A stretch of DNA of 64,000 bases from Phoronis australis (Eukaryota > Animalia > Phoronida): assembly GCA_002633005.1 (NCBI GenBank), contig NMRA01000170.1:689007-753006 (forward strand), read 5' to 3'. A program made the position numbers and the translations under genes. This document shows, piece by piece, positions 25,106 through 37,100 of this stretch. A model generated the notes under the pieces. That model made no database searches and had not been told where the DNA came from. It saw only the letters and a list, made by a program, of their open reading frames with translations. How positions within the stretch are numbered: the first letter of the stretch is position 1; each line of letters begins with the position of its first letter.

Positions 25106-28100
25106 GTAACACAGCTCTACCTTGTTGAAATATATTTTGCAGGCTAAATGTAATTAGGTTTTACTAAAGTTCGTTGATGCATCTTGGACTTCTTACCATT
25201 GATGTCAAATTTGTCTGTGTAACTTTCTCTGAAATCTTGTTCAATTATGTACCATTTGTCAGTATTATTATGCTTGCATACTCTTTAAATGGACCTTGTT
25301 CCGTTGTTGCAAGTGAGTCATTGAAGCTAGAAGCGTATGTTAGCATGCAAGATGTAGTTAAGTACACAATAAGGCTTGCACCACTTACATTGGTCAACTG
25401 CCTTTGATCAAAGATCGGATGTATAGTAGCTGCTCTAATACAATCCTGGATTTTCATCTGGAGGAATAATTAGTGCCTGAAGATGGAGCTGTTAAACACA
25501 TACTACCAATAGATGATGATCACTGGCTAGTTATTTTATTACCTTGAGTCATCCTCTGCTCTACGTTGTATACATAAATAGCCAGCTGCATTGTCATGTT
25601 GACTGGTCCTCTGTATTATGGAGATGACTTGCTAGTTATATTGGATCATGTTGACTGGTCTTCTTTATTGTACAGATGACTAGCTTGCTGCAGTGACTCA
25701 TATTGACCAGTCCTCTTTATTGTAGAAGTGACTGGCTTGCTGCATTGGGTCATATTGACTGGTTCTTGTTATTGCAAACTGAGATAACTGGCTTGCTGTA
25801 GTGCTCTTTATTGTATAAACGACAGTCGTGCTGTATTGGGTAACATTGACTGGTGCTCTTTTTTGTAGAGATGACTGGCTTGCTGTTGAAGCCCTTTTTA
25901 TCCTCTTGTTGTTACTGGCAAACATCTACCTACTGGTATGGGATCAGAAGTTGTATAACAATGAAATGGTTCATGCAGTCCACAGGGTTCTTAAAGTCAT
26001 CGAAGGTAAGGATATTGGCTCTTCAGTCATTTGGCTGTGATGTCACACTAGAGCACACACAGCATGCTTGGCCAGACACTAGCTGAATTGAATCTAATGT
26101 GGCACAACACCGTTAGACATAGTGTTAATTGAATGTCCTTGGCACAGCTCTGCGTGCCAAATTTAAATGTCACAGCAGGTGTTTCAGAGAAGACATGATT
26201 ATGAGGGGTCATCAATACAGTTATTAGCAAAGATGATTGCAATGGGCTGCGACTAAGCAGCCAACTCTGTACAAAATGCGGGAGGGAGTTTCCAAAATAT
26301 CTCTAAATGTGTTCTATATTTCCTTACTTGATCACTGAGTGGATCATCATTCTGAGGCATCCAGTTGGTTGCAAACAGTGAATGAAAGACAACAATTACT
26401 GGGCTTACTGGATGTTGTGGCTATCTCATGGGCTTCAGCAGACTTAAGTAACTAGCTGGAACCAGGCATGTCATGTGACTGATCACATGACAGCCGGCAC
26501 TGTAGATCTTGACAGCATGAACCGCAGGCCTCCGTGTCTGTTCAAACACTGCCTCTTTCTCACCACGTTTGACCAGTGATGCATTCTTTGTCTGTTCATT
26601 ATTATCAAAATGAAAAGAGGACAACGCAGTTATGGAGTGTACAGTATATTTGTTGGAGAGTACAGTACAGTTATTGGAAGGGACATCTCAGTTATTGAGG
26701 GGGACAACAAGTTATTGGAAGGGTCAGCGCGGTTGTTTAAAGAAGACAATTGTTGGAAGAGACAGCTCACTTATTGGAAGAGACAGCTCACTTATTGGAA
26801 GGGACAGCAAGGCTAATGGATGGGACAGCACAGTTATTGGAGGGGACAGCACAGTTATTAGAGAGGACAGCACAGTTATTGGAGAGGACAGCACAGTCAT
26901 TAGAGAGGACAAGACAGTTATTGGAGGGGACAAGACAGTTATTGGAGGGGACACCTCAGTTATTGGAAAGGACAGCACAGTTATTGGTAGGGACAGCACA
27001 GTTATTAGAGAATACAGGACAGTTATCAGAAGAGACAGCATGGTTATTTGGGAGGGCAGTATGGTTTTTGGAGAGGACAGCACAGTTATTAGAAAGTACA
27101 GGACACAGTTATTGGAGGGTACAACTCAGTTAATGGAAAAGACAGCATAGTTTTTGGAGAGGACAGCACAGTTATTAGAAAGTACAGGACACAGTTATTG
27201 GAGGGTACAACTCAGTTAATGGAAAAGACAGCATGGTTATTGGAGAGGACAGCACATGTTATGAGACCGATTTTGTAAAAGTAAAAGGCCTGATTTGATT
27301 TTCAAATTTTTGACAGCTAGATTGCAGCTTTAACATGATCTCCACATCATATTCTGGCATAACAATCTCATGGTCGGTAAACAATCTAAATGTATTGAAA
27401 TTTTTCCATGGTGTAGCTTTTTGTCACCGTCACTCTGGTGCAATCTAAGCTATTGATGTTACATTCATTCTAGTATAACGTATTGGACAAGTGTTATATT
27501 CATGTATCAAATTGGTGTTAAATTGTGTGTAGTGTAATGTTTTCATTTTACTGTTATGGGTCTGTGAAATATTGGGCTGTCACCGTCAGTATAACAGTGA
27601 CAGTCACTTTTGCAATATTGCAGTTGGTGCTTCCAAGGGCTACGTGTGGAACTCGGCTAACTACCTGAATGTGAATACACCTATCTCACCTTGTATTGGT
27701 GTTCAGTGGACATATAGGGATGGTGAGGTAGTCAACTTGCCCACTAGTCTGTTGGTCAAAGGTGATGTCATCGTGCTGCGACCTGGGCAAGAAGTGGAGG
27801 TCAAATGTCAACGTATTGAGGTGGGTCATTCAACAAGTATGAAAAGAGATCCTCACACAAATTCATTAATTTGGTCGAAAATTTGACATTTTGATCTCAT
27901 GCTCACGACGCACTTTAGCCGCAGACTCTGTTTCAGTTGTACTTGGTTTCATATCAGTCTGGTGTTGGTTTTTAGATCAATCTGATTACAGTGCAGTTCC
28001 CTCTCGTGGCAAATTGTCATTGCATCTGAGCACCCTCAAAGTGTTTACAGATTGTGATGCGCAGGGCAGGCACACATCACGGCAATTTTATTTTTATGCG

Positions 28101-31100
28101 TGCCACAATATCAACCCAAGTTCCTTGACGAATCTTCATGGTTTTGTGTCATTGATTTTTTCTCATACATAAGACAGATAAATGCTGTGCCTCTTTGTGG
28201 TTATTTAGTTTTTGCAGCTTTCTCTCTATGAAACCATGTAAAAGACAGTTATGGAACTTAGCTTGTATGTGTTTGTACTTTGGTACATCATGTATGTTGG
28301 ATCAACGAATGTATTTTCTCTGTTACTGACAGAATAATGACACGGACCAGAGTGTGCTTCATCCAGGTGAAGTGTTCGCTCCTGAAATAAAGGGTAAACT
28401 GGATGGATTCTGTGAACCACAAGGGCGTACACCACTACAGCCTGAGACAGGAGTTGTTCTTGAAACTCCATTTGCTGCTAGCATACGGTAAGTATCTTTT
28501 TGAAGGCCAATTTTTGTGTTTGTAGAGTTAGTGTAAATTGCAATTTACACCATTTTTAAGTCCTATTCAGCTGTAATTAAACCTAACAAAAATTGCTAAT
28601 TCAACTGAATTCAATGCAGTTGGCGAGGGTGAATATTCCTGTTTAAACAATCACTTAATATCTGTTCAATACATTGTCTATACTAGTCTTATGGCTTTTG
28701 TGTGCCCACATATTTATATGTGGGTACATATTGCCGCCATTCCTGTGGTCGCATATTGTCGTCACTTTGTCTGGTTGTCTGTGTGTCCGCTTGATATCTC
28801 AAAAGCCCGTGGTCGGATTTTGACAAAATTGTGTGAAAGTATTTTGGGATGATATCTAGAGAACACATGGATGGATTTCAATGAAACTTGACACAAAAGG
28901 GTGTGACGTCAATGCGCTGGCACCATTAAACTTTTCGGGCAGATTTAACTAACTTAGCACCTGCTAGAGGCCATTTTGTTATCGACAAGGGCTTTTCAAG
29001 TGTTGTTTCGGGGAAGAGCATTTTTGGATGATATCTAGAGAATCAATTGGTGGATTTCATGGAAACTTGACACAGAGGTATATGATGATATTGTGTCAGC
29101 CATTTTGTGTGACAGTATTTCCAGATGATGATCTTGAGCACTGATTGACGGTTTATAATATTGATACTACTGACTGACCAAACCTGTACGTTTTTTATGA
29201 CTAATCAAACGTGTGCTGTGTTTATGACTGATCAAATCTGTGCTGTGTTTATGACTGATCAAATCTATGCTGTGTTTCAGTGTTGTGTTGACAGAATCAC
29301 ACAATAAACCATGTAGCGTCCTCGAGAACGAACTCTACGTGGCCAGCACATTTTGGATGGAGAAAGTGCTGTTCCCTGCCGTCTTCACTATCGTCGTGAT
29401 AACTGGTCTGCTGAGGTATTTCTTCCTCACTAACTCTGTTGGTGCTGGGCCAGAAATGTGGTTCGTGTTGCCGGTATGTACATTAATTGAAATGTCAATT
29501 CGACTAACAGTTTGTAGTTAGTCATAAACTGAAATGTGACTTGCACTACAAGGCTTGACATTAACGACTGTCAGATTGTGCCGAACAACCTATTGGAAAT
29601 CCAACTTGTCCTAGTGGACAACCTAAAATTTTTCGCAGTCGTGTGCTTAGGTCAATCCGATCTTAAACGCATCCAATCACAATGTACTTCCTGCAACCTA
29701 ATTTAAGGGAACTAGCTTGATTAAGCCCTTAGCTGTGATGCCCGCTGGTCGATTACTTCAAAACAGCCAGGAAAAAACACAAAAAATTCAAAGTAAGCTT
29801 ATCAACAGCATTGCATGATTTACTATGCATACCGTATTCGCCGTAATAACCGCCCATGCCCCTATAAGCGCCCCCCACGCGTTTTCAGACTTATGCTAAA
29901 ATAAGCGCCCAGTCCATGAACGTGTACATGAGAAAAATGTCTTACCTACAGTCCTAAAATTCTATAGTAACATCATCAATTTATCAATAATATCCGACAG
30001 TCCTGAAAAAACCATTGTGCGCAGAATTTGTAGACCACGAGCCTTGCCGCTATGTCGGTATTTAGCCGTGACTATACACTTCAAACTTCTGAACGTTTTT
30101 AGCACATGAGACCGCCAAGTGCTGAATGAAACACGCTCTGGTTTAGGCCTACTGCTTGTGCAAATTTCTTTAGATACAATGCACATGTAGTAGCTCGTTA
30201 GATTGCGTGGCTCTGGCCAAAAGACGGTCTCTGCTCTGGCAAATGAACTCTGGTGTCACGCACGCACTCGCTTACTCAACACAGACGAACTTCAAAACAA
30301 GCGTCACATGACAACATGTGTATTCGTCCAGAAATTTTTCTCATGTTGCCGATCATGCATGTAAATGGCACGATGTAGCACAGATTGTACTTAAACCTGC
30401 CGTTAATCCCGACTCCACGGGAACTTAAAAATCTTAGGGGCTCTACTTGGAAAACTTCAGGAGGATTTCAGGTAATTTGCTTGAGTCGAAACTGTATTTT
30501 TATTCAAGAATTCAAGTCGCCATATCGATGATTGCGAGGCAGTCAGTCGGCGAGTTTTCGCCCTGGGATTTCAGCACAATTTTCTGTAAAATGATGGCAA
30601 TGCACCACAATTTTGTAGTAAGTCTTTCATAGATTACAGATACATCACAGAGCGTAAATGTGATGAATCTTAGCTTTCGATTTCACCCGTTGGAGACCGG
30701 CTTTGAATGGCCTTGGGTTATAATAATCCCCCCTACCCACCGAAACGAACTTTTCTAAGCGCCCTGGGCGGTTATTACGGCGAATACGGTAATAATAACT
30801 GCAGTAAACCCTTCATGTTGTCACCTATTACCGTAACGACATTGACAACTTACAGTGTTTTTTCAATTTGTCGTCTCCTCCACACTGTGTCGAAAAGAAA
30901 CAAAGGGTTAAATAATCTTGTATTTCAAAAACGTTTCTGCCAATGCCAGTGCCAGTGAGGTCTGATCAACTTCCAAAGGTGATAAAAATAATAAAACAGA
31001 ATATGAACTTAGGGTTACAGAGTCATGTATAATACGTCGTGTTTAAGGAAGAATAAAACAATTATTATTTCACAAATATTTAGTTAACATCAAGCGTTGA

Positions 31101-34100
31101 CTTTGCAGTCCTTGACATCCTGGAGAATAGGTTTGACATTGGTCTCTAGAGGCATTGTAGTATATAAAATGGTCACTTACTTAGAGACATGGTTGGTTGA
31201 CACATATCGTCTACAATGAAGTACAACAATCATAAGGCTTTGTGGTAAAATCACTAAAAATTTATGTGCAAGGTTGTCATCCTTCCTTATTTTCTGGTAT
31301 CAAGATAAACAAATATTTATGAATCCAAAGTGAAATATATTTTGTGAAAGCAAATGATGTATAACCATTTCATTTTAGTTCAGGCATAGAACACAATCAA
31401 CCTTGTGGGCTTACCGAATGACTAGTGGGAGTCTCATGATTTATCGTCTTGTCACTCTGTGTTGACTGGTGAAGTCTCATGAGACAGGTTTGAACAATTA
31501 AATCATTGGAATTATCCTCTGCATCAATTGTCTGCGTCACACAAGGTGAGGAAGCCGGAATGAAGAGCTTCCTTGTTAACTTGGCGTAAAATTTAAAAGC
31601 TTAGTTTGAAGTCCTGTTATAAAACTCACTGGATACAAAAATAAACAAGTCATGACTCAGCTAAGGTTAATTTGCTTTATCAAGAAATTAATTGTGTCTC
31701 TGGAAATGCACCGGATTATGGAAAATCGTGTCTTTTTCAATTTCATTGTTTATTACAGTAGTAGGGAAAGCGTTAGTGCCTACCCCGTGAGCTGAAAAGG
31801 AAACCTGAATTTGTACCACGGTTGCTGAACTGTGGTACAAAGTAGATCAGCAAAGGAGATGACATGAGTTGACTAAAAAAATGTAAAAAACTGCAACTGC
31901 AGTGTCAAATATACTTTGTTTGAACTAATATTGGTTCAAATTTGTGGACATGCTCATTTTGAATTAGGACAAGTTGAATTAAAGTAGATTAGTCCAAAAG
32001 GACAACAAGTCAAGAAAGTTAACGTCAAGACATGGCAGTGCTCAGCTCATTCGGATCTGAGCGCACTGTATTATTATTTTCAAAGACCGTCTAAAGCAAT
32101 TTTTTCAATCAGGGTACTTTGTTTTAGCTTTCTTTGCGGCTATCTTAATTTATCATGACTACATTTGCCAATTCTTGAAAAAATAGCATTCCTGAAGACT
32201 CAGCTTCATACTCACTAAATAAATGTTACTCACTCTAGGGCATAGAATTGTTTGAAAAATTATCCATTTTTATATCTTTGCTATTTGCAGTGTCTTTGGT
32301 TGGTGCATATGAACACTGCATTACTTTTGTTATGTCCTCAGGTAAACACCATTCTCTCATCTGCACTCTGGTCATACCTGACCTGTATTTAAATCCTCAG
32401 GCAAACAAAGTTCCTCTGCCTTCTGGTCACACCTGAACTGTATTTAATTTCTCATGTAAACGCAGTTCCTCTGCCTTTTGGTCATACCTGAACTTTATTT
32501 AAATCCTCAGGTAAATAAAGTTCCTCTACCTTCTGATCACACCTGAATTGTATTTAATTCCTCAGGTAAACACAGTTCTTCTATCTCCTAGTTATATCTG
32601 AAATGTGTCCTCAAGTTAACGCAGTTCCTCTGCCCTCTTGTCATACCTGTACTATATCTATATCCTCAGGTAAACTCCATTCTGCCCCTCTGCCCTCTTG
32701 TCTTACCTGTTCTGTGTAAGGTGCTCAACATGTATTGTGCAGCCAGAGTAATCACCGTGTTTGAAGTTGCCAAATTACTTCCCCAAGATAGCTCTAAAAA
32801 GGTGAGTACCAGCCAAATACAAATTATTGTCTGTTTGTAAAAGTCTGTTAAAAGTTTTAATGAAGGCAGAATGTTTTGCTTGAACTCAGGCTGTTTTTAC
32901 AACCCTGTATAAATTATGTGAGGGCATATTGGCGTTACTATCTGACATCCAGCATTTTCTAATGTCCTTCCCGTGTCTGCAGCTTTATCTCTTAAATACT
33001 TTGCAGAATGCTCACGAAATGTTGCAGTGTGTTCTTATGAGGATGACTTCCGGACACCTCATGGCAACTGGTGTCTGCCTTCTTATGCTGTCTTAATTAA
33101 GCTTGTCATTCTGAATCTGTAATTTTGACACAATTTGGATCAAATTTGACTCCAACATGTACAAGCTCAAGATCCCTTCGAAATTGAGCATTTTCTGCCA
33201 TTAATTGACTATTTTGTGTCATCTTTTTGCAGTGTTGTTTTGTCACAATTTCATTATCTGGCCCTGATATTCATTTGTGTCCACAAGATTACCCCTGTGT
33301 TGTTCTTATTGCATGAATTTGACTGTTGTTATGCCCCCTAGTGGCAGTTTTATTTTTTGCACCTGCCTCGACATCTACCGATTACTCTGACGAATCGTTA
33401 TGGAATTGATTTGGGGTTTTTCTGTTAGTGCGAGCACAGCTTACCTTAACTTTTGCATGTATCTAGCTACTGTTGTGCCCCCTTGTGGCAATTTAACCTT
33501 TGTACCTCAATTTGTAACTAACAAGTCCCTTGCTAGGACTTTTTGAAATCTGATCGTTGTGTTCCATTAAGAACGATGTAGCCACTGCCCATTTTTACAC
33601 GTCATCAGCGTGATTTGTGGCTCTTAATGGCAATTAAAGTTTCTTGGTGTTTTTTTTTTCTGGTAGCTGCCTTTCTGTCTCCCAAGCAGTTCAAAGATTC
33701 CTTTTGAGGTGTTTTTTGTAAATGGAAACATGGCTCACGTTGCTATGCCCCTTCGTTTGGCGCTTTAAGTTTGATGATAGTCTTCATGAAATTTGGCAGT
33801 CAGAGATAAGATTTTATCCAGGAAACAACATCTGATTCATATTTTCAGATTACTAGCATAACATTACATAGGTTCACTACTAGTGTGTGAAAATGTTTAA
33901 AAAATAGTCACCACTTATTCACTGCTTGCACACTTAGGTGGCGCTGCAAAAATGATTATTGTACTTTGTTGTTCAGGATACAGTGTCTTGTTTTAGCATC
34001 AATTTTAACAAAGCACACGTGTTCCAGACATGCTGAACCATTTGAAGTTTGGACACAACACCTCGGTTTTGAGCATTATGGCAAATTCATGCAAGTAGTG

Positions 34101-37100
34101 AATAGATACCATTTGTGATGCAGACGGTGGACACATGTCAGTGTTGGTCTTGTTGGTTTGTAGATTGGCCTGTTTAGTGTCTTAAAGTTTGTTTATTATT
34201 AAGCTGTGTTATCTATGTACCCTTCATATACTACACAGAAGGAGGTGGATGAGTACAGTACTGCCAGTAGTGAGATTGAACAGTCTGCTGTGGTCAACTT
34301 CACCTGGAGCCAGGTCTGGCATCATTTCAAGAAGGTCGTGTCGGGTCATGACCTCGCCCTTGTCAGGACAGCAAATGTGGCTCATGCGCTTGGCCATGTA
34401 ACAGTAAGTGGACACGTACTGCGTACAACGTATTGGAAACAATGCTTGTAGTAACATTATTGAACTATTTTGAACTGTACAAAAATTCATGGTTGGGTGT
34501 CCCATCTTAATATTAAGATAAAGTTAAGGAACCAATTCATCATGTGTGTTTCCCATGTAGACAGAAGAATAGGACCCGTTAAAACCAATATTTCCACTGT
34601 TTTATAATTAATTTGAAGATGTTATTCACTGTCAAATAGACATTTCATTTGGCAATAATCTTTGATCTTGGTCTAGTTTTGTATTAGCCAGATGTGCCTC
34701 ATTCTGGGTGTAGGCACAGCTTCACAATCATATAGACACGTGCCTTATTCTGGATAAGTTTGAGGCTATAAATTTGCCACCAATAGGGTGCATTCATTTA
34801 CACGTTACCATCGGTAGTTCTGCCGTGGATGTCAATGAGTCCTATCATAATGCTAACCAATAACTATGCGTATTCCACTTTCTGTTCAGACGTTGTGCTG
34901 TGTTGACAAGAAGGGCATCCTGTCATATGCTAACCCGTCACCTGAGAAGGTGTTCTTCTTTACCTCTGAAAGTAAAGGTAAAGGTCACAAGGTCAGTACA
35001 TCAGCTGTCAGTCAAAGGGATGATCAGGGAAGACGCTGTGAGGAAGAAGATGGTGAGGCTGATTTGACTAATACTTGTTACTTGAAGTAGTCGTGTTTTA
35101 CTTGGCTATATGAAAATCTTGACTTAAATTTTGGTTCGTTTCCTCAACGTTTCTTGTAGTTGAAAAAATAAAAGATTGTCTTAAGGCAATTGTTGACCTT
35201 TGTGGCTTTTTGGTTTCACAAAGTGATCTTTACTCATTCTTGTGAGTTTTTTCGTTGTTTTTGATTAGTTAACGTTCATCTGTTTTAAGGTGTTTTTGAT
35301 CAGGGGACCTATGCTACTTAATATAAAAAGTATTTCGAACCTTTTTCCATAAAATGAATTAGTAAACATAATGAATAACACAGTGAGCAGCCTGTGTTTT
35401 TACACTTTTCCATCCGATAACAGAGCTCCCTGACTAATACACTTCCTCAGCCCTGGTACATAACAAATTCTGTTTGACTTTAGCAATGGTGACAGAAACA
35501 GGTGCAAACAACGATTCAGCCATTCACGACATCCTACTGTGATTCAGCCAGTCAGACAGTCATACAGTATTTGTAATGTGCCACTTGCTCAGTGCATCAC
35601 GACTTCTGTGTTGAAGTATTGTTATTTTATGAATTTCATTTTTGTAGAAATCTACTAGAAAGGTTCAAATTACTTAGTATGTAGAATCATTCCAAATTTA
35701 CCAAAAGCACCTTAAAAACTTAACACAAGAGTTATAATATACCAGTTTATTTTTTCTTCCAGCTGCTTGTTCTGATGACAGTTATGTGGAAGTTCTGGAT
35801 TTGACTCACAATGCTAAGGTAACACAGTGACATCTGTTGACTATTTGAGATTTAGCAGTTTATCAAGAATTTTAAAGCTACATTGTGCACTCACTACTTG
35901 AGTGGTTCAAAAAGTTTTAACTGTATATTAAGGTAGGTATGAAGCTGTTTATTAAGCCAAAAATAACACCCATGATCTCCATATTGCAAACTGCATCACC
36001 ATAGAAACCAGACACGCTATATAGCCTTACTTTACCACTCTTTTTCTTGTGGCAAAATTGATTAAAAACACTTGCCATGTTTAGAATGTTGTCCTGTTCA
36101 AATTATGATTGTCTGTATATTAAGCTTTGTCATTCCTTTTATTTGCAGAATGCATTTGGAGTTCAGTTTGATGATCCATCATTTCAAAAGTATCTAACAT
36201 CTCTAAAACCTCTGGTAAGATGAATATTTCAGACCTAGTTAACATTATGGTATGTGTGTAGACCTCACGTATCAGAATAGACAGACTTGAATAGTGGCTA
36301 TAAAATTGCATTCCACCAAAGAAGCGAACCTTTTATCTAGACAAGTTTATAAAATTGATCTTTACTAGTTCCTTACTCCGGCAAGAAGTAGTTTTTGGGC
36401 TTGCAAAGAATGAACAGTTTGATATTCTGTAAGACCATGTTTGATGCCTAAATCGACACACTGACAAAACAAGTTGTAGTGCCTGATATCAGGCAATAAC
36501 AAACTGTATAAATATACAGCTTTGCGCCAATGTGGGTAAAAAAGTGGCCAAATAAAATATGACACAAAATTAGTGTCATTAAAATCTACACTCTTCTTTG
36601 AGTGAACTAAATTATTTACCAGTGTTGGAAAAAATGGCATTCTACCGTTACTCTGCTGCTAAAATTGTGTTTAGATCTTTTGCGTCAGCTTTCGGCACCT
36701 TGAAGTGTTGCGTCACTTATTGGCCAGTTTCTTTTTTCGCCGATTCTTCAATCAACTGTTCTCTTCCACTAGGTTGCATACATGTCACAACAAATTATCG
36801 GAACTGGTTTCATTTCATTTCAAGTTTATAGTATTTTAATACTGTAAAAAATACCAGCAAACCCAATTTCAGAACAAATTGCAAAGCTGTCGTGATCTCC
36901 CGACAGATGTCGCAAAATTAAAAAAAAATGGCATCTGCGCGTGTCACAAGCGTACTGTTTTCAAAAAAAGCAACTTACAGTCTTTTTTGTTACAAAAGGT
37001 GGAGAATTGTGCATGAAAATGCAACCCTGAAACACCGTGATCAACATGTTGTTCATGTACGGATACAAAATATTCAACCAATAGCGAAATCTTTTCATTC

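Noticed and set aside
26610-27150. Overlapping repetitive ORFs (DSTVIGG / TAQLLEG heptads) resembling coiled-coil or beta-helix proteins
   Set aside because: Product of a stop-free 21-bp minisatellite, open in several frames on both strands; lies in a TMEM94 intron whose flanking exons join in phase without it.
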